Assembly (NCBI GenBank): GCA_031549085.1
Contig: JAVBQL010000021.1
Location: 5,422-69,421, forward strand
Source: Spirochaetota bacterium
GTDB lineage: Bacteria; Spirochaetota; GWE2-31-10; MWDO01
Direction: 5' to 3'
Length of the DNA stretch: 64,000 nt
How positions within the stretch are numbered: position 1 is the first letter of the stretch; every line of letters starts with the position of its first letter. Below, in pieces: positions 20,197-30,752 of this stretch. A program made the translations under genes and the position numbers. The notes under the pieces were generated by a model. The model saw nothing but the letters and a program-made list of their open reading frames with translations, did not search any database and was not told where the DNA came from.

Positions 20197-20250
20197 TATC
20201 TCTATTTTTTCTATCTATTTATACCTCTCTTAATCATATATTAGATATTT

Positions 20251-21516
20251 TTATAAAGCTTGCTCTAGATCTGCTATAATATCATCAATATCCTCAATAC
20301 CAATTGAGAGTCTAACAAAATTAGAATTTATTCCTGTTTGTATTAATTCCTCTTCACTCATCTGAGAGTGGGTTGTTGTTGCTGGATGTGTGGCTGTTGA
20401 TTTTGTATCACCCACATTGGCTACATGAGAAAAGAGCTTTAATTTGTTTATAAAATTTCTACCAGCATCTGCTCCACCTTTTATTCCAAATACAACCATA
20501 CCACCAAATCCATTTTTCATATATTTAGAGGCGATAGGGTAGGCAGGATCATCATTAAGTCCAGGGTATCTTACCCATTCTACTTTTTTGTTATTCTTTA
20601 GATAGTCTGCAACCTTTTTTGCATTTGAAGAGTGTCTATCCATTCTAACAGAGAGGGTTTCTAATCCTAATGTGAATAGCCAAGCATCATCAGGAGATAG
20701 ACAAGCTCCTAGGTTTCGCAATAAAACAGTTCTCATACGAAGTACAAAAGCGATATCTTTTTTTTCTTTATTAAGATCTTTTGCCCATATCATTCCATGA
20801 TAATTTGGATCAGGCTCACTATAGAGTGGGAATCTTTTATCATTCCAGTCAAAATTGCCACAATCAGTTACAATGCCGCCTATTCCAGCACCATGTCCAC
20901 CCATCCATTTTGAGAGAGAGTTGATAACTATATTTGCTCCATAATCAATAGTTCTTAAAAGGTATGGAGTCGTAAAAGTGGCATCAACAACTAAAGGAAG
21001 ATGATATTTTTTTGCGATCTCAGATATTTCTCCAATTGGAGATACATCTAAAGTCGGATTAGATATAGTTTCTATATAGATGAGTTTTGTTTTATCATTT
21101 ACAAGAGGTTCAATGCTTTTTGGATTATTGGGGTCAAAAAACTTAGTTGTTATACCCATATTTGGTAATATGGAATCAAACATAGTATGTGTGCCGCCAT
21201 AAAGTTTGTTTGAAGATATTATTTCATCCCCATTTCTTGCAATATTTATTATTGAATAAAAGACTGCACTTGTACCAGAGGATAGAGCAAGAGAGGCTTT
21301 TCCACCTTCAAGTTTTGTAACCCTCTCTTCTAAAATTGTGGTAGTTGGATTCATTATTCGTGCATATATATTTCCATCTTCTTCTAAAGAGAAGAGTTTT
21401 GCTGCATGCTCTGTATCTTTAAATAGATATGCCGTAGTTTTATAGATTGGAATGCCTCTTGAAAGAGTCTTATCCTGATATTGTCCGCCATGGACAGCAA
21501 GTGTATCAAATTTCAT
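20251..21516 (-). CDS. metY: O-acetylhomoserine aminocarboxypropyltransferase (sulfhydrylase)
   Basis: Start MKFDTLAVHGG after AAGGAGG; YARIMNPT, SLSKWMGGHG, ANVGD, HPATTTHSQ. Confidence 0.93.
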   Translation of the reverse strand: MKFDTLAVHGGQYQDKTLSRGIPIYKTTAYLFKDTEHAAKLFSLEEDGNIYARIMNPTTTILEERVTKLEGGKASLALSSGTSAVFYSIINIARNGDEIISSNKLYGGTHTMFDSILPNMGITTKFFDPNNPKSIEPLVNDKTKLIYIETISNPTLDVSPIGEISEIAKKYHLPLVVDATFTTPYLLRTIDYGANIVINSLSKWMGGHGAGIGGIVTDCGNFDWNDKRFPLYSEPDPNYHGMIWAKDLNKEKKDIAFVLRMRTVLLRNLGACLSPDDAWLFTLGLETLSVRMDRHSSNAKKVADYLKNNKKVEWVRYPGLNDDPAYPIASKYMKNGFGGMVVFGIKGGADAGRNFINKLKLFSHVANVGDTKSTATHPATTTHSQMSEEELIQTGINSNFVRLSIGIEDIDDIIADLEQAL

Positions 21517-21633
21517 TTTTGCCTCCTTGATTTCTGAATTTTGGAGTTTTAATTTTTTAAAATAAACCACTATTATTACTATCATAATAAAAATAATTGT
21601 CAATAATAGTATTTAGAAAAGAGAAAAGAACTT

Positions 21634-23112
21634 TTAAATTTCTGGTTTTTTTAATGCTTCTAAAACAATGTTGGCTCTATTTCTGACATTAACGTTTTCA
21701 TCGTCTAAAAGGCTCTCTACAAATGGGATTTCATTTGTTATTTTAAAATGGTAAATATAATCTAGACCTGTTGTTTTTAGACTATCGCTCTCTTTTTTAT
21801 GTATTCTCTCTAATATAAGCTGGGAGTCTGTCTTTACATTATTGTTTATGTAGAATCTTATTGAATATTCAGTTACTGGAAGAACTTGGTAGTAGACTAT
21901 TGTAAATATTAGCGTTTTGAAAACATTCAATGGTTTTGTTGAATAGGTTGTCTTTATTATTGTTTTTGTAGCCAATAAGTTGATATCTACAGGATAGACA
22001 AGCTCTAGATATGCTTTTAAGAATTCATAGCTGGAGTCGTTTCCATAGTTGTAGATCTCTTGAAGGCATGCTGTTACTATAGATGTTTCAGAAACCAATA
22101 GTGTCTTCATAAATTCTTCTATTGTTGAAATACTATCCAATTTTAAAATTGAGCAATATTTTTGTATAGCAAGGATTTTAGTATCTTTAGAGAAAGAGAA
22201 GCTGTTTGTAACAAAAATTTTCTTTATACTATCAGCTATTGCTCTAGATGAAGATACTCCCATATTTTTTAGTGTATTAAACACTATTTGTTCATTACTC
22301 TCTTTTAAAAGAGCCAAAATGACTATATCTTTTTTATCTTCAGATATAGTCTCTATCGATTTTGATAGTACCAATTTTTCTTCAGGAGTTTTATTTTCTG
22401 TATCTGTATATATGTTATCACTAATTGCAGTGGCAATTTTTGTATATGTATCAGAGAATTTCTCTTTCATTAAATTGGTATACATATTGGAGATTGCACT
22501 ATTTTTAGAATTAGCAAAATATGTTGTGTAGAGCTCCTCTATTTTTTGCTCCATATTTTTAAATGTACTCTTATCTACATCACCAAGAAATGTGTTTGGA
22601 GTCTCTTTTAAAAGAAGAATAACAGCATATCCTAGAGTGGTATTAATATCCTGCTGTTGATATTTCATTTTTACTGAAGAATTTGATAATAAAAATGGTT
22701 CAAGATTGGCAGTAGCTAAATTTGGAGCATATTTTAAAGCCCCAGCAAATCCATAAAACCTTACTTCAGTTTTTTTATCTTTTAAAGACTTATTATAACT
22801 ATTTGTATTTTTGGCCTCTATAATTCCATTTATGTACTTTTTCCCCTGTTCTGAAAGTCCATCAAAGTTGAAATATATTGTATCTAATGTGAATCTATTA
22901 GGTGGAGATATAGTTGGTTTTGTTTTATCTTCTTTTTCATCACCCTTTGGTTTTATAGTTGTTTTTGGAGTATTAAGTGCAACTGGTTTATCTTTGGGGG
23001 TATTAACTGGGCTATAGGATATAAGAGTTATATCAAGCCATAGGGCTACAAACATTATAAAGAGAAATATTAATATTGGTACAGACGCTTTTTTATTTAT
23101 TATCATAATCAT
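21634..23112 (-). CDS. Membrane-anchored hypothetical protein with a HEAT-like C-terminus
   Basis: N-terminal TM, Pro/Lys linker, C-terminal LLDDENVNVRNRA. Confidence 0.65.
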   Translation of the reverse strand: MIMIINKKASVPILIFLFIMFVALWLDITLISYSPVNTPKDKPVALNTPKTTIKPKGDEKEDKTKPTISPPNRFTLDTIYFNFDGLSEQGKKYINGIIEAKNTNSYNKSLKDKKTEVRFYGFAGALKYAPNLATANLEPFLLSNSSVKMKYQQQDINTTLGYAVILLLKETPNTFLGDVDKSTFKNMEQKIEELYTTYFANSKNSAISNMYTNLMKEKFSDTYTKIATAISDNIYTDTENKTPEEKLVLSKSIETISEDKKDIVILALLKESNEQIVFNTLKNMGVSSSRAIADSIKKIFVTNSFSFSKDTKILAIQKYCSILKLDSISTIEEFMKTLLVSETSIVTACLQEIYNYGNDSSYEFLKAYLELVYPVDINLLATKTIIKTTYSTKPLNVFKTLIFTIVYYQVLPVTEYSIRFYINNNVKTDSQLILERIHKKESDSLKTTGLDYIYHFKITNEIPFVESLLDDENVNVRNRANIVLEALKKPEI

Positions 23113-23390
23113 AGTTTCTTAAATATCGCTATCTCTTAATTTTAAGATAATATTGAATATATAGTTCGAAATTTATAGATAATTATAAACAAAAATTTTT
23201 ATATGTCTATTTTAACTCTCATTAAATATTAAACAAATAAAAAATTTGATTGGTTAACTATATTCTATTCAAGAATACTCTCACAGATAACAGAGTAACA
23301 ATATAATCTTTTTTAGTCAATATAAAATATTATATTTTTAATATAATATTACATTTGAATTGTGCATAGCTCTTTAAAAAATAGTGATTA

Positions 23391-24662
23391 TTAGAAGATA
23401 TTTGTATTTTTTATAGATTTTAAGCCCTCAAACAGCATAAATAGCCTCTCTACTCCTAAAGCAACCCCTCCAGTTGGAGGAATACCAAATTTTAGTGAAC
23501 TTATAAATCTTGTTGGAAAAGTTAGCTCTATTTTTGCATATTTTTTCCTCTCTTCTACTACTTTGTTGAAATTTTTTTCTTGTATTTCCCAATCTGTAAG
23601 TTCTCCAAAACCATTTGCTATCTCTATACCACATATGTATAGTTCAAATCTTTTTCCATACATATTTGAGCTATCTGTAGGTTCTGATAGTATTGACATT
23701 TCAAGCGGGTAGTCATAAACTATTGTAGGACTATTAAATCCAAGTGTTGGCTCTATGAATTCTAAAAAGAATTTAAAAAATAGATCATCTTTATTTAGAT
23801 TTTCATAATAAGATGGTTCATAATTTTTAGATTTAAAATATTTTTTTAGATCATTAGAAAATTTATCTTTATCTAATCTATAATAATCAAGATTTATACC
23901 AAAATTTGAAAATAGTTCTTTAACACTTTTTTTTTCAAATTTGTTTATTGAACACTCTTTATCATTAAAAATAATTTTGTCTGTTTTATAACATTTCTTA
24001 CCAAGATAGCTAATTAATTTAACTGTATCATCTATAACTGATTCATATGTGTCATATGCTCTATACCACTCTAACATGAAAAACTCTGGGTTATGTATTA
24101 ATGAGTTTTCGCCACAATTACGAAAACATGTCTTTATCTCATATATTTTTTCAAGTCCAGCGCTAATAGCCTCTTTTAAAGAGAATTCTGGAGATGTTGG
24201 TAAAAATAGATTTTGTGGATTATTTGAATAATCGTAGTATGTAGTGGTAAATGGTTCTATATAATATTCTACTCCGCCAGACTCAAGCAAATATGGAGAG
24301 TTTATCTCTAAAAAATCTTTTTTATCAAAAAAGTCTCTTATATTTTTCATAAAAGATTGTCTATTTTTTAAGATATCAACTAATTTTCTATCATTTTTAT
24401 TCAGTTTGTTATATGGCGAATCAGCTATAGAGATTGGATTATTTTCTGCTTTTGTTAAAATAGTTATCTCTTTTGCATTTCCTCTATTTACCCTAATTGA
24501 TACTATATCTCCCTCATTAACAGGGTTGCTATTATCTAGTTTTAGTTTTAAAACTCCTGTTATATCACTTATATATATGCAGCCATTATTAATGTTTATA
24601 ATTCTTCCCATAATCACTTTGTTATAGTGATATTTTTTTATATCTTTTATATATGTTCTTAT
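23391..24662 (-). CDS. epmA: EF-P lysine aminoacylase (EpmA/GenX/PoxA) with an N-terminal OB-fold-like extension
   Basis: LPTSPEFSLKE, FRN...HNPEFFMLEWY, RFELY...EIANGFGELTD, GIPPTGGVALGVERL. Start extended to ATA at 24662 (AGGAG 8 nt upstream); the ORF track start is GTG at 24617. Confidence 0.88.
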   Translation of the reverse strand: MRTYIKDIKKYHYNKVIMGRIININNGCIYISDITGVLKLKLDNSNPVNEGDIVSIRVNRGNAKEITILTKAENNPISIADSPYNKLNKNDRKLVDILKNRQSFMKNIRDFFDKKDFLEINSPYLLESGGVEYYIEPFTTTYYDYSNNPQNLFLPTSPEFSLKEAISAGLEKIYEIKTCFRNCGENSLIHNPEFFMLEWYRAYDTYESVIDDTVKLISYLGKKCYKTDKIIFNDKECSINKFEKKSVKELFSNFGINLDYYRLDKDKFSNDLKKYFKSKNYEPSYYENLNKDDLFFKFFLEFIEPTLGFNSPTIVYDYPLEMSILSEPTDSSNMYGKRFELYICGIEIANGFGELTDWEIQEKNFNKVVEERKKYAKIELTFPTRFISSLKFGIPPTGGVALGVERLFMLFEGLKSIKNTNIF

Positions 24663-24762
24663 TTTTTTTGCTCCTAAAATTTGAAGACATTTATTTTGAC
24701 AAATGTGGTAAATTATACTATTTAAAGTATTCGGAATTTTTCACTTTTTAGAAAGGAATTTT

Positions 24763-25545
24763 ATGTCTGAATTTGAGATGTTAACCCATATAATAAAAAC
24801 CTTAAGATCTGATAATGGCTGTCCTTGGGATAGAGAGCAGACTCATGAGACACTACTACCCTACCTTTATGAAGAGGCTAATGAGGTTGCTGACACTATC
24901 ATACATAATGATAATCAAGCCCTTAAAGAGGAGCTTGGAGACCTTTTATTGCAGATTCTCCTCCATAGCCAGATAGCCACAGAAGAGGCTCAATTTACAA
25001 TAGAGGATGTTATAAAAACTCTTTCATCAAAATTGATTAGGAGACATCCACATGTTTTTAGTAATGAGAGGGCAGAAAACTCAGATGAGGTTCTGAAACT
25101 TTGGGAAAATATAAAGAAGATAGAGAATAAGGGTAAATATGAATTTTTATTAGATAAGGTTCCATATACATTTTCTCCTCTACTTAGAGCACACAAACTT
25201 CAGAAGGAGGCTTCAAAAGTTGGTTTTGACTGGAGAGATTTTAATGGACCTCTATCAAAAATAGATGAAGAATTTAATGAACTTAAAGACGCTATTAAAG
25301 ATTCTGATAGAAGCAAGATAGAGGATGAGCTTGGAGATATGCTATTTTCAATAGTAAACTTGGGCAGGTTTTTAAATGTTAGAGGAGAGGTTGCTCTCTC
25401 AAAAGCCAATGATAAATTTAGAACTCGCTTTAACTATGTTGAAAGAAGGGTAAAAGAGAGTGGTAAAGATTTTAAAGATTTCACTTTGGAAGAGCTTGAT
25501 GAATGTTGGAATGAGGCAAAGAGAGAAGGTGTTGATATAACATAA
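24763..25545 (+). CDS. mazG: Nucleoside triphosphate pyrophosphohydrolase
   Basis: GCPWDREQTH, EELGDLL, KLIRRHPHVF, VGFDW, ELGDMLF. Confidence 0.96.
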   Translation: MSEFEMLTHIIKTLRSDNGCPWDREQTHETLLPYLYEEANEVADTIIHNDNQALKEELGDLLLQILLHSQIATEEAQFTIEDVIKTLSSKLIRRHPHVFSNERAENSDEVLKLWENIKKIENKGKYEFLLDKVPYTFSPLLRAHKLQKEASKVGFDWRDFNGPLSKIDEEFNELKDAIKDSDRSKIEDELGDMLFSIVNLGRFLNVRGEVALSKANDKFRTRFNYVERRVKESGKDFKDFTLEELDECWNEAKREGVDIT

Positions 25546-25572
25546 TATTTTTAATTAGTTTTTACTGCAAAT

Positions 25573-25609
25573 AAAAAAATGAACTAGCATAATACTAGTT
25601 CATTTTTTT
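25573..25609. terminator. Bidirectional terminator
   Basis: AAAAAAATGAACTAG...CTAGTTCATTTTTTT between convergent genes. Confidence 0.85.
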
Positions 25610-25625
25610 ATTTAAATTAGCTACT

Positions 25626-26414
25626 CTATTTGCTCTCTTTTTTATCTTTAGATAGATATTCAAACATACTTTGGTTTAGTTCATCACCCTCTTTTGTCTT
25701 GGTAAATTCGTTTGCTTTCTTACCTCTTCCAATTTGCATATCAAATGATATATGAGATATCATAATTCTCTCTTGATCTTTTATTTTACCTTGTCCAACC
25801 AATGTTATATATTCGTTTAAGAAAGCAATGAAGTCAGGGATAATAAAATCATAACCATAAACCTTATTTATGCGATAGTAGATAACATTTCTATAACATT
25901 TTTCAAAGCTCTTGAATACTTCATCAGAGTTTGACTCAAGTGATAATCTATATCCTTCAAGAAGTTTTGATATTACAAAAGGATTTCTTGCAATAGGATA
26001 GCTATTAACATCTCCAGCTATACTCAAAAAGTAGGATTTATCAGAAAGCTTTTTTATCATTATATCAAGGGCAGACGTAACATTCGGTATATAGTTTAGG
26101 TTTTCTGGAAGGAATACTACACTGCATAGATATCTGTAAAGTATAGGTTCAATCTTTTTAAGTGTATCACCATTTGTTCTCTCTATATCAGAGAGCAGCT
26201 CCTCATCCGCAACTCTAAGTGCATTTCTGTTTGCTCTATCAACCATAGCCTCTCTTGCCTTAAGTCTTGTTTTAAGCCAGTGAGTAGGGTCTGATGCTTC
26301 ACTTTTTTTATTCTCATTTTGAGTGCTATCTTGCTGTTGTGTAGTGTTTGTTTGTGAAAATGTGAAAAATAGTGCAGAAAATAGGACTCCAAAAACTATA
26401 ATAGATCTCTTCAT
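25626..26414 (-). CDS. Exported hypothetical protein
   Basis: Signal peptide, Gln/Thr linker, AAGGGG RBS. Confidence 0.65.
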   Translation of the reverse strand: MKRSIIVFGVLFSALFFTFSQTNTTQQQDSTQNENKKSEASDPTHWLKTRLKAREAMVDRANRNALRVADEELLSDIERTNGDTLKKIEPILYRYLCSVVFLPENLNYIPNVTSALDIMIKKLSDKSYFLSIAGDVNSYPIARNPFVISKLLEGYRLSLESNSDEVFKSFEKCYRNVIYYRINKVYGYDFIIPDFIAFLNEYITLVGQGKIKDQERIMISHISFDMQIGRGKKANEFTKTKEGDELNQSMFEYLSKDKKESK

Positions 26415-26743
26415 TTTTATATCCCCTTAAAATATTTTAAAGAAGTAAGCAGTATCACAAAAATCAACTATATTCTATTTTAAATATCAAATATAGTCAA
26501 TTTCTTTTTTTGACTTTTTTTTAGTTTGAAATATAATTCTTCCTATATAATTATGCCCTAAATTATTCAAATAATCAACTATTATTTTAGATTTATTAAT
26601 AGTAAAAATAAAAAAATAAGTATTACAAAAAAAACTACTAATTTTACTTGATCTCTCGTATCAATTATGTTATATTTAGTTAATTTATATTTTTGATTTA
26701 TTATCTAAAGTTAGATTTTAATTTTAGGGAGGGAAAAAATTTA

Positions 26744-27457
26744 ATGCAAAAATATAGTAAACTTTTTATAGCACCATATAGATATTATAAAAACAAGAAG
26801 TATAAGAAACTAAAAAACGTGCTTTTAATTGGGCTATACCTTGCAGTTGTTGTTTTTATAATCAATCTTGCTAATACAAATAGCTTAGCAGATGCATATG
26901 CTTATAGCAGTAATGATGCTAATTTTGAAGATCAATTTAAATTGAGTAATGGGACAATAGAATCTATTGGACATTTGAGTGTTAGAGAGAAGCTTGAGAT
27001 GAAATTTTATCAAGATTATATTGGGAACTCTGATATTGCATATTTCACTGTAAAATACTCAAACCAGTATGAACTTCCTCCATCTCTTTTGATAGCACTT
27101 ATGAAGGTAGAGTCTACATTTGATGTAAAAGCTGTTAACTATAATAAGAATAGAAGTGTTGATAGAGGTTTATGCCAGCTTAATAGCTATGTTTTTAAAA
27201 ACTTAAAAGTAGAAGATTTTTTTAACCCAGAACTTAATATCAGCCTTGGAGCTAAACAGCTTAGATGGTGTCTCGATATATCTAACAATAAACTTACAAA
27301 GGGTCTTGCTATGTATAACGCTGGCTTTGGACAGGTTAAAAATAAGAGGGTTGGTGAGATGACACTTGATTATATACAGAAGATTACTGATGAGAAGGAG
27401 CTTATCGATCTTAAGCTTGCTAGTTATATAAAAAGCTATAGTGATATACTCTATTAG
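26744..27457 (+). CDS. Lytic transglycosylase (SLT domain)
   Basis: ALMKVESTF (catalytic E), DRGLCQLN, NISLG, AMYNAG; ATG at 26744. Confidence 0.9.
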   Translation: MQKYSKLFIAPYRYYKNKKYKKLKNVLLIGLYLAVVVFIINLANTNSLADAYAYSSNDANFEDQFKLSNGTIESIGHLSVREKLEMKFYQDYIGNSDIAYFTVKYSNQYELPPSLLIALMKVESTFDVKAVNYNKNRSVDRGLCQLNSYVFKNLKVEDFFNPELNISLGAKQLRWCLDISNNKLTKGLAMYNAGFGQVKNKRVGEMTLDYIQKITDEKELIDLKLASYIKSYSDILY

Positions 27458-27501
27458 TATCTAGTTTTTATAGTAATTCAAAAAAATAGCATATAATTTT
27501 T

Positions 27502-28245
27502 TTATATGCTATTTTTTATTAATACTTGCTGAAATATTATTGTTGTGAGTATGCCTGTAAAATTTATAATTGAGTGTACCCATATTGGTATATTTATTGT
27601 TCCGCTTCGCTCCTTCTCTATTGAGAGAAATATTCCAACGGTTAGTGTGAATAGCATATTTGATACAGAGGGTAAATGAAAGAGTGAAAAAATTATTGCA
27701 GTTGTTGCAATAACTATTTTTTTATTTTTTATAAGATTGGATAAAAAATCCTGCAAAAATCCTCGAAAGAGGATCTCTTCAGTTAGAGGCCCGAGTACAA
27801 TTATTGAGAGAAACCAAAAAACAACAGTTATGTTGTTATTTTTTTTATTTAAAGAGGCAATAACATCAACTATTGCCTGATTTGGCATATTTATATATTT
27901 TATTACATGTTCAGGCAAAAGAAACTTCTCTGTGATTAGTATAAAGCTAAAGGTGATTATATAACCAGAAACAAACGCAATAAGAGACACTTTTAGTGAT
28001 TTTCCCATAGTCACAAACCAATTCTCATTATGATCAAAAAATGGTGCATACTGTGGGTATTTTACTTCCAATAGATAAAAAAGCAATAGGAAGATTAATG
28101 ATGATAAAATTTGGGCATATATTCTTTCATCTGTAAAGAAGTAGAAAATTAGCCATGCTAATAGGAGTTGTAGGATAAGGAAGAATATGAAAAAAAATAT
28201 CCCCTTAAAGCGCATAAAAAAGTTTTCTATATTAAAGTTAGCCAT
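27502..28245 (-). CDS. CPBP (CAAX/Abi) intramembrane metalloprotease
   Basis: EEILFRG, FSLFH, HSIIN. Confidence 0.9.
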   Translation of the reverse strand: MANFNIENFFMRFKGIFFFIFFLILQLLLAWLIFYFFTDERIYAQILSSLIFLLLFYLLEVKYPQYAPFFDHNENWFVTMGKSLKVSLIAFVSGYIITFSFILITEKFLLPEHVIKYINMPNQAIVDVIASLNKKNNNITVVFWFLSIIVLGPLTEEILFRGFLQDFLSNLIKNKKIVIATTAIIFSLFHLPSVSNMLFTLTVGIFLSIEKERSGTINIPIWVHSIINFTGILTTIIFQQVLIKNSI

Positions 28246-28251
28246 AAAATC

Positions 28252-30066
28252 TTAAAGAATAGAGTTTATATCACCATAGATAGGGATGGTTACTATTCTT
28301 TCCAAAACTCCAATTTCTTGCTTTCTAAATCTCATCGAAAGTACAACAACATTCTCTTTTTCTAAATATCTAAGCTCATATACATCTATTGGATCACCAA
28401 CACCTATTCCAAGCTGCGTAGCCATAACAGGTTTATATATTTTTGTTACCTGATACCTTTTTGATAATATATTTTTATTAAAATAGTCAAGCTCAATTCC
28501 ATAGAAGAGGGCGATAAGATGACGCTGATTATCTTTTTCAAAGGCTGTTATTGCAGGTATTGTTGGTCTCTCTTCTATTCTAACAATCACATTCCTATCT
28601 CCGCTCCTCGAACCAACAGTAATATTAACAAGAGATGGATATCGCTTCCATGCTAAAATATTTTGTGCCTCTTCAACAGTGCGGACATCAATATTATCAA
28701 TGCTCTTTATTGTCTCACCAACCTTTATTCCGGCTGTATCAAATGGCCCATTTGGTAAAATATAGTAGACATCTAAATTTTTTCCATTGTTATATATGCC
28801 TGCCCCAACCCATGCTCTCTTAACCTCATCACCACCAAAGAGTTTTGGAATGGCTTTGAATACATATTGAAATGGAATTGCAAAATTTAGTCCTTGAAAT
28901 TGTGGAATACCTGCAAAAACTATACCTATTACCTGTCCACGCTCATCAAAGAGCGGTCCACCGGAGTTCCCTGGGTTGACAGCAGCATCTATTTGAAAAG
29001 CATTTCCAAGTTGAAAGAAGTCACGGCTCTTTGAACTTACAATTCCAGATGTTAATGTGTATTGCAATCCAATAGGGCTTCCAATTGCATATATTCTCTC
29101 ACCAATTCTTATAGAGTCAGATCTGCCAGCTGTTAGATATGTTTTATTTTTCTTTATAATTTTTAAAAGGGCAATATCAAAAACTTTGTCATAACCAATA
29201 ACTTTTGCAGGGATCTCTGTGTCAGGGTCATCTTTCATGGTAACGGTTACAGCACTATATCCCTTATAGTTTCTATTTACATGATCCTCAATAACATGGT
29301 GATTTGTTAATATATAGCCATCATTATTTATAAAAAAACCAGTACCGAGCGACTTATCAAAGTAGCCTCGTCCATCTTTCATTGCCATACCCTTATCAAG
29401 GTAGACTGTAACAATGGAGTTCATCAGGTTTTCAAAATCAAGATTGGAATAATTTTTAAGTTCATCATAATATTTTTTTAGATCACTATATTGAGAGAGG
29501 AGGGTAGGATAGATTTGGCTATATTTATCAAAGTAGTAGAAGTAGAAACCACTGCTCTTTTGTGTATAGTAGTATTTTAAGAAATTATAGACCTCACTGT
29601 TATTCATAATGGCAAGGTCTGCCATCTCCTCTTTAAAGCTGTTACTTGTAAATATATCTCCTGAACTATCAAGGAGTTTGGAATAGCTCTCAAATATCTC
29701 TCTTAAAGATATTGAAGAGAAGTGGTCTATCGCTTTTAAACTATATACATGTTTCAAAGCCTCATCATATTTGCCATCTTGAAAGAGCTTTTTGGCACTT
29801 TCATCAATCTTGTTTGCAAGCTCCTCGATGTATGTTTTGGTCTCATCTATTTTTGCTTCATCTTCACTATTTTTAATTTGTGCTGATAATATTTTAGTTG
29901 CAGATACATAGGCTTCAAATAGATCGATTCTCTCTCTGTTTAAATTATGCTTAATGTTTTCAACACCAGTTGCATATTCAATAGGAATCTTCTCCTCTTT
30001 TTCACCATTTGTTGCACATGAGGATAGTATAAAAATAGCTATTATAAATACACAAAAACGTCTCAA
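28252..30066 (-). CDS. HtrA-like trypsin serine protease lipoprotein with a PDZ domain
   Basis: Lipobox LSSC; triad TNHHV / DIALLK / GNSGGP; probable TTG start at 30066 after GGAG. Confidence 0.88.
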   Translation of the reverse strand: MRRFCVFIIAIFILSSCATNGEKEEKIPIEYATGVENIKHNLNRERIDLFEAYVSATKILSAQIKNSEDEAKIDETKTYIEELANKIDESAKKLFQDGKYDEALKHVYSLKAIDHFSSISLREIFESYSKLLDSSGDIFTSNSFKEEMADLAIMNNSEVYNFLKYYYTQKSSGFYFYYFDKYSQIYPTLLSQYSDLKKYYDELKNYSNLDFENLMNSIVTVYLDKGMAMKDGRGYFDKSLGTGFFINNDGYILTNHHVIEDHVNRNYKGYSAVTVTMKDDPDTEIPAKVIGYDKVFDIALLKIIKKNKTYLTAGRSDSIRIGERIYAIGSPIGLQYTLTSGIVSSKSRDFFQLGNAFQIDAAVNPGNSGGPLFDERGQVIGIVFAGIPQFQGLNFAIPFQYVFKAIPKLFGGDEVKRAWVGAGIYNNGKNLDVYYILPNGPFDTAGIKVGETIKSIDNIDVRTVEEAQNILAWKRYPSLVNITVGSRSGDRNVIVRIEERPTIPAITAFEKDNQRHLIALFYGIELDYFNKNILSKRYQVTKIYKPVMATQLGIGVGDPIDVYELRYLEKENVVVLSMRFRKQEIGVLERIVTIPIYGDINSIL

Positions 30067-30185
30067 TCTTATCTCCAAAATAGTAATAATAATTTATGTC
30101 TGCAATTTATCCCTAAATATAGAGAAGTTAGAGTAGCTACTCTAATCAATAAATAGTATTAAAAAAATATATTTTCAAGAAAAGT

Positions 30186-30725
30186 TTAATCAATTATGAA
30201 AAAATATGAGAATCTTAAGATTGTATCTCCCTTCTCTGTGTTAAATATATTGCCCTGCAAAAGCCCAATATTTTTATTAACAAACTTTTTTGAGTAACTA
30301 GACCACACTTTTCTAACTTTATCGTCAAATATTGTGATAGAAGATAACATAACAGCATCTTTTTTTAAACTTCTTGCAAATGAAATTAGTTCTTCCTCTT
30401 CATATGTATTAAGAAAAGAGATATCTCTTCCTTTGTTATCAAGCTCTGAAAAAAAATCTATGCTATATCTATTATCAGCATCATTTTTGAGGGCTGCTCT
30501 TATTCTTATATTTGCATTATTTTTAATTTTTTCATTTCCATTCATCACCTCTGTATCATATGCCAATATGTCTATATTTTTAGGAAGATATCTTTTTATA
30601 TCATTAGAGAGTTTTTTTAATACTCTATCCTCACTCTCTATTATTAGAGGAATATTTTGATCGGCCTCTATCCTATTTATAAAAACAAATAGAAATAAAA
30701 TTAAAACTCTTCCTATATTATTCAC
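30186..30725 (-). CDS. Exported hypothetical protein
   Basis: GTG start after AAGGA; N-terminal hydrophobic stretch; co-oriented with the TPR gene. Confidence 0.6.
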   Translation of the reverse strand: MNNIGRVLILFLFVFINRIEADQNIPLIIESEDRVLKKLSNDIKRYLPKNIDILAYDTEVMNGNEKIKNNANIRIRAALKNDADNRYSIDFFSELDNKGRDISFLNTYEEEELISFARSLKKDAVMLSSITIFDDKVRKVWSSYSKKFVNKNIGLLQGNIFNTEKGDTILRFSYFFIID

Positions 30726-30752
30726 TTTTTTGTTGTTCCTTTAAGTTCTTGT

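Noticed and set aside
21517-21633. SAM riboswitch or T-box before metY, and the ORF extension to 21603
   Set aside because: The spacer is short and AT-rich with no such motifs; the RBS supports a start at 21516.
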